This document shows positions 50,095-60,842 of a stretch of 64,000 nt of DNA, one piece after another (positions within the stretch are counted from its first letter, which is position 1; each line of letters starts with the position of its first letter). The translations under genes were made by a program, and so were the position numbers. Under the pieces are notes generated by a model. That model was not told the origin of the DNA and did no database searches. It was given only the letters and a program-made list of their open reading frames with translations. The DNA comes from Eubacteriaceae bacterium (GTDB taxonomy: Bacteria; Bacillota; Clostridia; Peptostreptococcales; Anaerovoracaceae). The stretch lies in NCBI GenBank assembly GCA_029012125.1, contig JAQXLM010000147.1, positions 2,014 to 66,013 on the forward strand, read 5' to 3'.

Positions 50095-51165
50095 ATGAAA
50101 TACGAATTTCCAGTAACATTAACTAAAAATCCGAAGACTAAACCGGCATCAGAAGGGCTTAGATTTGGTACAGTTATGACAGACCATATGTTTATCATGG
50201 AGTATTCAGATGAAAAAGGCTGGCATGACGGCAGAATCGAACCTTATGCTCCTATTTCGCTGGATCCGGCTGCAGTTGTATTCCACTATGGTCAGGAAAT
50301 GTTCGAAGGACTGAAGGCTTATGAAACTGCAGAAGGAAGAGTTCAGCTTTTCAGGCCTGACATGAATGCAAAGAGAACAAACAATACTAATGACAGACTT
50401 TGTATTCCACCAATTGATGAAGAATTATTTGTTGAAGCTATCAAGGCAATCGTAAAGGTTGATAAGGACTGGATACCTAAGGGTGAAGGAACCGCTCTGT
50501 ACATCAGACCATTTATTATAGCAACAGAACCATTCCTTGGCGTAAGAAGATCCAAGGAGTATAAGTTTATAATTATCCTTAGCCCTGTTGGTCCATATTT
50601 CGCAAGTGGACTTGCACCTACTAAGATGTATGTTGAAGACGTTTATGTTAGAGCTGTAAAGGGTGGTACAGGTGAAGCAAAATGCGGCGGAAACTATGCA
50701 GCATCACTTAAGGCTCAGGAAATCGCACACGAAAAGGGCTACGAGCAGATTTTATGGTTAGATGGTATCCATCAGAAATATATAGAGGAAATCGGTGCAG
50801 CAAATGCCTTCTTCGTAATAGGTGATGAAGTTGTAACCAGTGAATTAAACGGCTCTATCCTTCCGGGTATCACAAGAAATTCCATTATCGCTCTTTGCAA
50901 GGAAAAAGGAATCAAGGTTTCCGAAAGAAAGATTTCAATAGATGAGCTTTATGAAGCATACAAGGCAGGAGAACTGAAGGAAATGTTCGCATCCGGAACT
51001 GCTGCAATCATCGCTCCTGTAGGTGAATTGCTTTACAAGGGAGAACGCATGATTATAAACAACAATGAAATCGGACCAATCGCCCAGGAAATGTATGATA
51101 CAATTTACGGTATCCAGACAGGAAAGATTGAAGACTTCATGAACTGGACAGTTGCTGTTGAATAA
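50095..51165 (+). CDS. ilvE: Branched-chain amino acid aminotransferase
   Basis: HYGQEMFEGLKAY, YIRP, AKCGGNY, ILPGITR and GTAA motifs. Confidence 0.96.
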   Translation: MKYEFPVTLTKNPKTKPASEGLRFGTVMTDHMFIMEYSDEKGWHDGRIEPYAPISLDPAAVVFHYGQEMFEGLKAYETAEGRVQLFRPDMNAKRTNNTNDRLCIPPIDEELFVEAIKAIVKVDKDWIPKGEGTALYIRPFIIATEPFLGVRRSKEYKFIIILSPVGPYFASGLAPTKMYVEDVYVRAVKGGTGEAKCGGNYAASLKAQEIAHEKGYEQILWLDGIHQKYIEEIGAANAFFVIGDEVVTSELNGSILPGITRNSIIALCKEKGIKVSERKISIDELYEAYKAGELKEMFASGTAAIIAPVGELLYKGERMIINNNEIGPIAQEMYDTIYGIQTGKIEDFMNWTVAVE

Positions 51166-51186
51166 GAGTCGGGATAGTAAACCAAA

Positions 51187-52386
51187 ATGCAGAACGATTT
51201 AAAGAGATTAAGTGACAGACTGAGCAGTCTGTCTGTATTCAACTCCATCCATGAAACAGAACTTGTAAACAGCTTTCAGTGGCTGGTTTCAGCATTGTCT
51301 GATTCCACAGAATCTGATTTCCCGGATGTTGACAGAATTAAGCTGTATTCATCATTTGTAAGTGAAATATATAAACATGGAGGCAACCTGACTGAATACA
51401 TCAGAGACTATGTTGAAGGCGACGAAAACTGCTACCTTGTGGCAAAGCTGGCCGGCAAACCAATCTCCCCCTCTCTTGAAGAGGCTTTGATGGCTGATCT
51501 TGATGCATTGCAGGAACTGGCTCATTTGACAGCTGATAAGGTAAAAGCATATATAAACTATGACGGTTTTCTTCCTTCATGGGAATACTCAGATATAAAC
51601 ATCAAAGACTCCTATATGTCAATGCTGGATAATCTGAACACAAAAGGATACGGAATGTTTGCAAAATACAAATATTTTATGCCTCAGGATGGAACCCTGG
51701 TTCCTATCGTCAAATCAGATCCTATTTCACTGTCACAGCTTTACGGCTATGAGCGTGAGAGAAATCAGGTTCTCGCTAATACAGAAGCTCTTGCAGCCGG
51801 AAAATGTGCAGCGAACGTACTTCTGTATGGAGATGCCGGTACGGGAAAATCCTCTACCATTAAGGCCTGTGCAAATGCACTTTTTGACAAGGGGGTCAGA
51901 CTGATTCAGTTTGATAAATACCAGCTGGCAGAAATACCGAGAATCATAGAATATCTTGGAAACAATCCGCTTAAATTCATTTTCTTCATTGATGATCTCA
52001 GTTTCAGCCAGAATGATGATGACTACTGCTATCTTAAAGGGATTCTGGAAGGCGGCGCTACTGCATATTCTGACAACATTGTTATATATGCAACTACAAA
52101 CAGACGTCATATCATTGCAGAATCATTTGAATCCAGAATGGGTAATGATTTGCACGTTAATGATACCCTGCAGGAAACCATGAGCCTGTCTGCAAGATTC
52201 GGATTAAACATTACCTTTTCCAAGCCTGAAAAGGAATTATTCCTGGAGATAGTGAAGCAGTTGGCTGAAGAATACGGTGTTCCTGTTACAGCTGATCTGT
52301 TCACCAAAGCAGAAGCCTTTGCCATTCGTGCAAACGGCAGAAGTCCTAGAACAGCTAAGCAGTTCATTCAGAAAATGTCAGTCTAA
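51187..52386 (+). CDS. DUF815 family AAA+ ATPase
   Basis: NVLLYGDAGTGKSS, FIDDLSF, LEGG, YATTNRRH, SLSARFG and RSPRTAKQF motifs. Confidence 0.85.
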   Translation: MQNDLKRLSDRLSSLSVFNSIHETELVNSFQWLVSALSDSTESDFPDVDRIKLYSSFVSEIYKHGGNLTEYIRDYVEGDENCYLVAKLAGKPISPSLEEALMADLDALQELAHLTADKVKAYINYDGFLPSWEYSDINIKDSYMSMLDNLNTKGYGMFAKYKYFMPQDGTLVPIVKSDPISLSQLYGYERERNQVLANTEALAAGKCAANVLLYGDAGTGKSSTIKACANALFDKGVRLIQFDKYQLAEIPRIIEYLGNNPLKFIFFIDDLSFSQNDDDYCYLKGILEGGATAYSDNIVIYATTNRRHIIAESFESRMGNDLHVNDTLQETMSLSARFGLNITFSKPEKELFLEIVKQLAEEYGVPVTADLFTKAEAFAIRANGRSPRTAKQFIQKMSV

Positions 52387-52392
52387 AAACAC

Positions 52393-52430
52393 ACAGCCTA
52401 TGAAACACTTCGATTTCATAGGCTGTTATT
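52393..52430. terminator. Terminator hairpin between convergent genes
   Basis: ACAGCCTATGAAA...TTTCATAGGCTGT. Confidence 0.75.
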
Positions 52431-52459
52431 ATTATCTTTTATTTATTGTCTTTTATTTT

Positions 52460-54199
52460 CTACTCTTTGAACTGATACTGATACAGACCGGAGTAGATTC
52501 CTCCTGTTTTTATCAGCTGGTCATGGGTACCTCTCTCTTCTACTCCTTCACTGGTGAGTACAATTATCTCATCTGCATTCTTAATGGTTGACAGTCTGTG
52601 GGCAACGATAATTGCCGTTCTGCCCTTCCCCAGTTCCTCCAGTGATTTCTGGATAAGCATCTCGGTTGCATTGTCCAGAGCCGAGGTGGCTTCATCAAGA
52701 ATAAGTATCGGAGGATTCTTCAGGAATATTCTTGCAATTGATATTCTCTGTTTCTGTCCACCGGAAAGTTTTATTCCTCTGTCACCTACCTGAGTATCGT
52801 AACCGTCTTCAAGTGTCATAATGTAATCATGGATATTAGCTTTTTTTGCAGCCTCAACGATTTCCTCGTCAGTTGCATTCAGCTTTCCGTAAAGGATGTT
52901 TTCTTTGATGGTACCATTAAACAAGAAGACATCCTGAGCTACAATTCCTATATTCTTTCTTAAAGAAGTTCTTGTCATTTCAGTAATATCTATACCGTCA
53001 ATGGTTATAGTACCGCTGTCAACATCATAAAATCTGGGTATCAAATGACACAGGGTGGTTTTTCCGCTTCCTGACGGACCAACCAGTGCAAGAGTCCTTC
53101 CCTGAGGTATGTCCAGAGTAAGATTGCTTATAACCGGTGGAATTCCTTCCTTTGCATCACTGTTCTGATAGCTGAAGGAAACCTTGTCAAATCTGATGTG
53201 ACCTTTTAGAGGTGCATTTTCAGTGTTTCCGTCTTTCTCAGGCTCTACCTCTTCCTCCATTGCCATTATTTCAGAGAATCGTTTAAATCCGGACATTCCT
53301 TCCTGGAACTGTTCATAGAAAGCAACCAGCTTATTCACCGGCTTCAGGAACATAGTTATATACAGAAGGTATGCTGCAAATTCGCCTGCATTGATTCTGC
53401 CGTAGAAGAAAAACAGACCTCCTGCAACCAGTATTATCAGATAAAGCATGTCCATGAACAGGCCCATCCCCGAATTGAATATTCCCATGGCTTTATATGC
53501 ACTGTATCTCGCTGATTTCAGCTTTTCATTGGCCTTGCTGAATTTTCTGCTTTCGTATTCATCTGCCGTATATGCTCTGGATACTCTTATTCCGGCAATA
53601 GCAGTCTCTATATTGGCATTAATGGCTGCGGTTTCAACTCTCGTTGCAGTAAATGCATCCGTCATCTGTTTCCTGCTTTTAAAGGCAAAAATTATCATAA
53701 ACGGCAAAATCAAAAATGTAATACAAGTCAGGCCGAGATTTATCTGTGCCAGCATGATAAAAGACCCTACAAGTATTATCAGCGACAGGAACAGATTTTC
53801 CGGTCCGTGATGAGCCAGCTCGGACACCTCAAACAAATCATTTACCATTCTGCTCATTACTGTACCCGTCTGATTTTCATCGAAGAAGGAAAATGGCAGC
53901 TTTTGCAGATGGGCAAACAGTTCCTGACGCATATCCGCCTGCATTCTGACTCCTACAATATGTCCCCAATACTGAACGACAAAGTTCAGAAAGGCTTTGA
54001 TAATGTATATTGCAAAAAGCACAACAGCCCATATAATGAATAATCTTATGTTCTGGTTAGGCACATAGTCGTTGATAATATTCTTTGCAATTACCGGATA
54101 GAATAAATCGCACAGTGCCACTACAAAGGCACAGAACATGTCAATTGCAAAAAGCTTAATATGTGGTTTATAAAACTTTACGAAATTTCTGATCATCAA
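52460..54199 (-). CDS. ABC exporter, fused permease and ATPase
   Basis: Six-TM domain, GPSGSGKT, LSGGQKQR, LDEATSALD and AHRL motifs. Confidence 0.93.
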   Translation of the reverse strand: MMIRNFVKFYKPHIKLFAIDMFCAFVVALCDLFYPVIAKNIINDYVPNQNIRLFIIWAVVLFAIYIIKAFLNFVVQYWGHIVGVRMQADMRQELFAHLQKLPFSFFDENQTGTVMSRMVNDLFEVSELAHHGPENLFLSLIILVGSFIMLAQINLGLTCITFLILPFMIIFAFKSRKQMTDAFTATRVETAAINANIETAIAGIRVSRAYTADEYESRKFSKANEKLKSARYSAYKAMGIFNSGMGLFMDMLYLIILVAGGLFFFYGRINAGEFAAYLLYITMFLKPVNKLVAFYEQFQEGMSGFKRFSEIMAMEEEVEPEKDGNTENAPLKGHIRFDKVSFSYQNSDAKEGIPPVISNLTLDIPQGRTLALVGPSGSGKTTLCHLIPRFYDVDSGTITIDGIDITEMTRTSLRKNIGIVAQDVFLFNGTIKENILYGKLNATDEEIVEAAKKANIHDYIMTLEDGYDTQVGDRGIKLSGGQKQRISIARIFLKNPPILILDEATSALDNATEMLIQKSLEELGKGRTAIIVAHRLSTIKNADEIIVLTSEGVEERGTHDQLIKTGGIYSGLYQYQFKE

Positions 54200-54223
54200 T
54201 TCTCCTTAGTACAACTTCTATTC

Positions 54224-54796
54224 TTAGTTATGTTTGATTGACATTTTAATAACCTGTCCGGGTTGAACACTTGAATCAGACATACCGTTAATATCTATGC
54301 AGTAAACAAGTTCTGCAGACTCGATCTGATCTACAGGAACGATGCTCCACTGACCGTCAGCCTTATTGAAGCCAAAAGCTATCAGTCCGTCCAGATACTC
54401 ATTATTTTCATCAAAAAATTCATCTGAGTATTCTACGTCAATAACATCAGTCGTTCCGTCATGTTCCTCAGTAGGAACCTCTGCGTTAATCTTAGCATTG
54501 TCCTTGTTCAGACCAAAGACTTGAGAAACCTCCTCTATAGTGCTGCCGATTGTAATGTCTCCCATTATTACAGGAGTATCACTGTAGTCTTTACCCTTTG
54601 CAAAAACATACAGGTCGTTCCATGCATCAGCTTCAAACTCTTCACCCTGTTCAAGCTGAATTACCTCTTTACCGATTTTAACTGTAATGTACGGATCTGT
54701 TTCCCCGTCACTTCCTCCATAATTCATGAATCCGATTCCAAACGCAACAACCAGAATAATAGCACAGGTTATCATTCTCTCTTTTACTTTATTCAT
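54224..54796 (-). CDS. Hypothetical membrane-anchored or secreted acidic protein
   Basis: N-terminal hydrophobic helix and GAGGTG RBS. No family recognised. Confidence 0.6.
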   Translation of the reverse strand: MNKVKERMITCAIILVVAFGIGFMNYGGSDGETDPYITVKIGKEVIQLEQGEEFEADAWNDLYVFAKGKDYSDTPVIMGDITIGSTIEEVSQVFGLNKDNAKINAEVPTEEHDGTTDVIDVEYSDEFFDENNEYLDGLIAFGFNKADGQWSIVPVDQIESAELVYCIDINGMSDSSVQPGQVIKMSIKHN

Positions 54797-54820
54797 TACT
54801 TCACCTCATTTTTTAAATGG

Positions 54821-55849
54821 TTAAACTATATGTATATATTTCTCAAGTTCTCTTTCAAATTCCACTCTGTGGTGCTTTGTATATATACCCGGGATACCGC
54901 CCGTGTGAATCATAACAACGTTTTCACCTTTTTTTATGATTCCTTTCTTAACCATATCCAGCAGACCGCAAAAAGCTTTACCGGTATAGCAAGGGTCCAT
55001 TATTATTCCCTCTTTTCTTCCCATATAGTAAATAGCATCTCTAACCTCCTTAACCGGATTGTTGTAAGCTCCGTAGATATAGTCTTCAGTTATATCAAAG
55101 CTGTCAGCATTCATTTCAAGTTCAAGATTATAGAAGGCCTTCACTCTGTCAAAGTATTCCTCAGCAGTCTCCTTTGCACTTAATTCATTAGGAAGGATTG
55201 ACACTCCTGTTAGCCTCAAAGGTAATTCCTCATTGGCTATTCCCACAGCCAGACCCATATATGTTCCCATGCTTCCAACTGTAGTCACAACACGAACATC
55301 GTCAAGGCCCATAGACTTTGTCTGCTCTGCAAGCTCAAGAGCGCAGTCGTAGTATCCCAAAATGCCAAGCTCGTTGGAACCACCCATTGGAATATAATAA
55401 ACCTTCTCGCCCTTTGCTTCCATTTCTGCAGTTATTCTATCGACCTGAGCCTGAAGAAGTTCATCTTCGGTGTGGACACCATCTTCCTGCACAAGATACA
55501 CATCACAGCCCATTATGCCGTCCAGCAGCAGATTTGCGGAAATCTCTCCCGGATACGGATCAACTGCAACAATTACCGCCTTCATGCCATACTTTGCAGC
55601 AACTGATGCGGTAAGTCTGCCATGATTAGTCTGTGCGCCGCCTACAGTCACAAGACAGGTTGCTCCCTGATCCAACGCATCCTTTACGAAGTATTCCAGC
55701 TTACGAAGCTTGTTTCCTCCCGTTCCAAAGTTGGTTATATCGTCTCTCTTAAGATACAGATTGATGCCCAGATCCTCAGAGATTCGGTCGAGTCTGTGTA
55801 AAGGCGTTGGTATATTCAAATAATTAATCTTTTCTTTTCCCAGTGTCAC
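54821..55849 (-). CDS. D-cysteine desulfhydrase / ACC deaminase family PLP enzyme
   Basis: TPLHRL, KRDD..GGNKLRKL, QTNHGR, DPCYTGK and HTGG motifs. Confidence 0.88.
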   Translation of the reverse strand: MTLGKEKINYLNIPTPLHRLDRISEDLGINLYLKRDDITNFGTGGNKLRKLEYFVKDALDQGATCLVTVGGAQTNHGRLTASVAAKYGMKAVIVAVDPYPGEISANLLLDGIMGCDVYLVQEDGVHTEDELLQAQVDRITAEMEAKGEKVYYIPMGGSNELGILGYYDCALELAEQTKSMGLDDVRVVTTVGSMGTYMGLAVGIANEELPLRLTGVSILPNELSAKETAEEYFDRVKAFYNLELEMNADSFDITEDYIYGAYNNPVKEVRDAIYYMGRKEGIIMDPCYTGKAFCGLLDMVKKGIIKKGENVVMIHTGGIPGIYTKHHRVEFERELEKYIHIV

Positions 55850-55868
55850 AATTATTACCTCTCTTTCT

Positions 55869-56234
55869 CTATGCAGGCGTACCTACTTCAATCAGATTAC
55901 CATCGGGATCGTAGAATCTGACAACCCTCTGTCCCCATGAATGTTGCATGAGTCTGTTAACATACTTTACATCAGGATAGTACTCTTCAAGCTTTTCTAC
56001 GAAACCCTCAATGTCATTTTCCTCAAAATACAGCTCACATGAATTGCTTTCTCTGCTAACCTTATCATGTAAAAAGGATTCCCAAATCTTTTTATCCTGA
56101 AGTACAAGTCCTTCGGTCAGTATCATATTACCGTCAAGGTCAAGGACAAGTTCCAGCCCAAAGAGATCCTTATAGAATTTTCGAGATCGGTCAATATCTT
56201 CTACTACGATCAAAAAATTCTTCAGTTTCATCAC
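55869..56234 (-). CDS. VOC/glyoxalase family protein
   Basis: VEDIDRSRKFY, ELYFE and WGQRVVRFYDPDGNLIEV motifs. Confidence 0.88.
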   Translation of the reverse strand: MMKLKNFLIVVEDIDRSRKFYKDLFGLELVLDLDGNMILTEGLVLQDKKIWESFLHDKVSRESNSCELYFEENDIEGFVEKLEEYYPDVKYVNRLMQHSWGQRVVRFYDPDGNLIEVGTPA

Positions 56235-56293
56235 TATTCACTCCTTGTATAATATTTATTCCATTATACAACTAATAAACGGTTTAAACAAAT

Positions 56294-56324
56294 AAAAGAG
56301 AGCAATTTGATTATAATTGCTCTC
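56294..56324 (-). terminator. Intrinsic terminator after the ilv operon
   Basis: GAGAGCAATT...AATTGCTCTC followed by TTTT on the minus strand. Confidence 0.7.
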
Positions 56325-56339
56325 CGAAAAATACATTAT

Positions 56340-57557
56340 TTACATCATAACTGATATTTCTTTAGGATTATATCCACCCTTCTGAAGAGCATCGATAATC
56401 TTCTTTTTGTGTTCAGGGCCAAAACTTTCCATGGTAATCTTAAGTTCCACAGCAGCACTTCTGTTTGTACTTACAAACTGGTTATGATCAAGTCTGATAA
56501 CGTTACCCTGCTCTTTCGCTATGATACTTGCAACATTTACCAGTTCACCCGGTTTGTCAGGCAGGAGCGTAGAAACAGAGAATATTCTTTCTCTCTGAAT
56601 CAGACCAAGCTGAACAACCGATGACATGGTGATAATGTCCATATTGCCGCCACTTAACACAGATACGACCTTCTTATCCTTAAAATTCAGCTGCTTCAAT
56701 GCCGCTACGGTAAGAAGTCCCGAGTTTTCCACAACCATCTTGTGATTCTCTACCATATCAAGGAATGCGCCCACTAATTCATCATCCTCTACGGTGATTA
56801 TTTCATCAATGTTTTCCTGAAGATATGGGAAGATTATCTGTCCGGGTGTCTTTACCGCCGTACCGTCTGCAATAGTGCTTACCTTATCCAGAGTTACCGG
56901 TTTGCCTGCTTTCAGTGATTCCTGAAGACAGTTGGCACCTGCCGGTTCAACAGCTATTACCTTTATTTTCGGGTTCATCATCTTTGCCAGTGTGGAAACA
57001 CCTGTTGCAAGGCCTCCTCCACCGACAGGAACCAGAATGTAATCTACCAGAGGAAGTTCTTTGATAATCTCCATGGCAATGGTTCCCTGGCCTGTTGCAA
57101 CTGCAAGATCATCAAAAGGATGAATAAATGTGTAACCTTCCTCTTCTGACAGCTTCTTTGCATAGGCTGCTGCTTCATCATAAACATCTCCGTGAAGCAC
57201 AACCTCTGCTCCATAGCTCTTTGTTCTGTTAACCTTCATCAGAGGGGTGGTAGTAGGCATTACTATAACTGCCTTACATCCGTATGCCTTCGCAGCATAG
57301 GCAACACCCTGTGCGTGGTTTCCTGCAGAGGCCGTGACCAGTCCTTTTGCTCTTTCCTCATCAGTAAGAGTGCTGATTTTGAAATAGGCACCTCTGATTT
57401 TGTAAGCTCCGGTAACCTGCATATTCTCCGGCTTAAGGTAAACCTTATTTCCGCACTGATTGCTAAGATACTGACTGTATAAAAGCTTCGTCTCTGTTGC
57501 AACCTTTTTTACTACGTCTGTGGCTAATTCGAAAGCTTCCAGTGTTAACATTTCCAT
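56340..57557 (-). CDS. ilvA: Threonine ammonia-lyase with C-terminal ACT domain
   Basis: TGAYKIRGA, SAGNHAQG, GGGGL, SGGN and DKPGEL motifs. Likely start 57557 after GAGGA. Confidence 0.93.
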   Translation of the reverse strand: MEMLTLEAFELATDVVKKVATETKLLYSQYLSNQCGNKVYLKPENMQVTGAYKIRGAYFKISTLTDEERAKGLVTASAGNHAQGVAYAAKAYGCKAVIVMPTTTPLMKVNRTKSYGAEVVLHGDVYDEAAAYAKKLSEEEGYTFIHPFDDLAVATGQGTIAMEIIKELPLVDYILVPVGGGGLATGVSTLAKMMNPKIKVIAVEPAGANCLQESLKAGKPVTLDKVSTIADGTAVKTPGQIIFPYLQENIDEIITVEDDELVGAFLDMVENHKMVVENSGLLTVAALKQLNFKDKKVVSVLSGGNMDIITMSSVVQLGLIQRERIFSVSTLLPDKPGELVNVASIIAKEQGNVIRLDHNQFVSTNRSAAVELKITMESFGPEHKKKIIDALQKGGYNPKEISVMM

Positions 57558-57561
57558 TTTA

Positions 57562-59232
57562 TCAGTCCTCATTCATAACGGCGCCCTTACAGGATTCTGC
57601 AACCTGCTTGGAATATCTGTAAAGCCATCCGCTCTTTACGTTAGGTTCTCTCAGTTTAGCATTAGCACGTCTTGTTTCAAATTCTTCATCTGAAACTTTA
57701 GCATTGATTTTTGCTCCAGGAATATCGATTTCGATAATATCTCCTTCCTGAATAAGGCCGATGTTTCCACCGCTTGCTGCTTCCGGACATACGTGACCGA
57801 TTGATGCACCACGGCTTGCACCGCTGAAACGTCCGTCTGTAATAAGAGCAACTGTCTTATCCAGCTTCATTCCTGCAAGTGCACTTGTCGGATTTAACAT
57901 TTCTCTCATACCCGGGCCGCCCTTTGGACCTTCGTATCTGATAACAACTACATCGCCATCAACGATTTTGCCTTTATAAATAGCATCAATTGCATCTTCT
58001 TCACAGTCGAATACTCTGGCTGGTCCACTGTGTTTAAGCATTTCCGGAGCAACGGCACTTCTCTTAACAACACAGCCTTCCTGAGCAATATTACCCCACA
58101 TAATTGCGATTCCGCCTGTTTCACTGTAAGGATTGTCTATGCTTCTGATTGCGTTATTGTCTTTGATATATTTTCCTTCAATATTTTCGCCTACAGTCTT
58201 GCCGTTTGCAGTAACCAGTGATGTATCAATTAAACCCTTCTTGTTAAGTTATGCAAGAACTGCCTGAACGCCGCCTGCCAGGTTAAGATCATGCATATGA
58301 GTATCTCCTGCAGGTGCAAGGTGGCAAAGATTTGGCGTAATTGCACTCATTTCATTGAAAATTTCTAAGTTAAGGTCTACGCCTGCTTCATTTGCAATTG
58401 CCAGAAGATGAAGCACGCTGTTTGATGAGCAGCCTAATGCCATATCACATGCAAGAGCGTTTCTCAAAGATTTTTCGTTTATGATATCTCTTGCCTTAAT
58501 ATCCTTTTCAACAAGGTTCATAATAGCCATACCGGCATGCTTAGCCAGCTGGATTCTACCGCTGTGAACTGCAGGAATTGTTCCGTTACCGGGAAGTGCA
58601 ATACCAACCGCTTCGCAGAGACAGTTCATACTGTTTGCTGTATACATACCTGAACATGAGCCACATCCGGGACAGGTGTTCAGTTCAAAGTCTTCAAGAC
58701 CTGCATCATCGATAATATCAGCCTTGCGAGCGCCTACTGCTTCAAACATCTTGGAAAGTGATGTTTCCACTCCTCCAACAAGACCACTCATCATAGGGCC
58801 GCCGGAACAAACTACTGCCGGAATGTTTAATCTTACAGCAGCCATTACCATGCCGGGCACGATTTTGTCGCAGTTTGGAACAAGTACAAGTCCGTCAAAC
58901 TGATGTGCCATGGCCATTGTCTCAACACTGTCAGCAATTAGTTCGCGACTTGCCAGTGAATACTTCATTCCTATATGTCCCATTGCGATTCCGTCACATA
59001 CACCGATTGCCGGAACCATGATTGGAGTACCTCCGGCCATTCTTACACCTGCTTTTACAGCTTCTGTAACCTTATCCAGATGCATATGTCCCGGAACGAT
59101 TTCACTGTGTGCCGAAACAACACCGATTAAAGGTCTTTCTAATTCTTCTTTAGTGTAACCCATAGCATAAAAAAGGCTACGCATCGGAGCCTTTTCTACA
59201 CCCTTGGTTACATTATCACTTCTTCTGCTCAT
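57562..59232 (-). pseudogene. ilvD: Dihydroxy-acid dehydratase interrupted by an in-frame TAA (58251-58249); true pseudogene or sequence error
   Basis: The two listed ORFs are in one frame: ...[29 protein letters not shown]...GNIAQEG. Read-through gives 556 codons with [18 protein letters not shown] and TDGRFSG. Confidence 0.85.
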
Positions 59233-59268
59233 AATAATGTTACCTCGTTTTATTTTATTATTCGAAAA

Positions 59269-60279
<1,011 letters not shown>

Positions 60280-60333
60280 TTAATTATGTTCTTTTTAATA
60301 TTTTATTTAAAACTATATTTTTCATCAATTCTA

Positions 60334-60831
60334 CTATTTTAGCGGATGACTTTCAATACCTGTAATGCCTGTTCTGCAAACTTCCAGAACATTGTAATCT
60401 TCAATAACATCCATGAATCCGTCCAGCTTTTCCGGTGTACCTGTCAGCTCTACGATCAGGCTTTCCTTTGATAAGTCTACGATCTTTCCTCTAAAGATAT
60501 CTACAATTTCCTTAATTGCTGAACGCTGTGCCTGATTGGCTCCAATCTTTATTAACAGAAGCTCTCTGTACAGACTGTTTTCTCTGTTCAATACGTAGAT
60601 ACTCTTTACAACTTCAAGCTTTTCGGTCTGAGTAAGAATCTGCTGCATTTTCTGTTCTGTAGCGCTGAATACGATTGTTATTCTTGACAGATTGGGGTCA
60701 TTAGTCGCTGATACTGTCAATGAATCTATGTTGAATCCTCTTCTGCCGAACATGCTTACAACTCTGGTTAAAACGTTGGCCTGGTTTTCTACCAGAACGC
60801 TGACAATTTCTTTCTTTAATGGTTTAAACAT
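60334..60831 (-). CDS. ilvN: Acetolactate synthase small subunit
   Basis: VENQANVLTRV..FGRRGFNIDSL, RELLLIK and RTG motifs. Confidence 0.95.
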   Translation of the reverse strand: MFKPLKKEIVSVLVENQANVLTRVVSMFGRRGFNIDSLTVSATNDPNLSRITIVFSATEQKMQQILTQTEKLEVVKSIYVLNRENSLYRELLLIKIGANQAQRSAIKEIVDIFRGKIVDLSKESLIVELTGTPEKLDGFMDVIEDYNVLEVCRTGITGIESHPLK

Positions 60832-60842
60832 CTTGCACCTCT

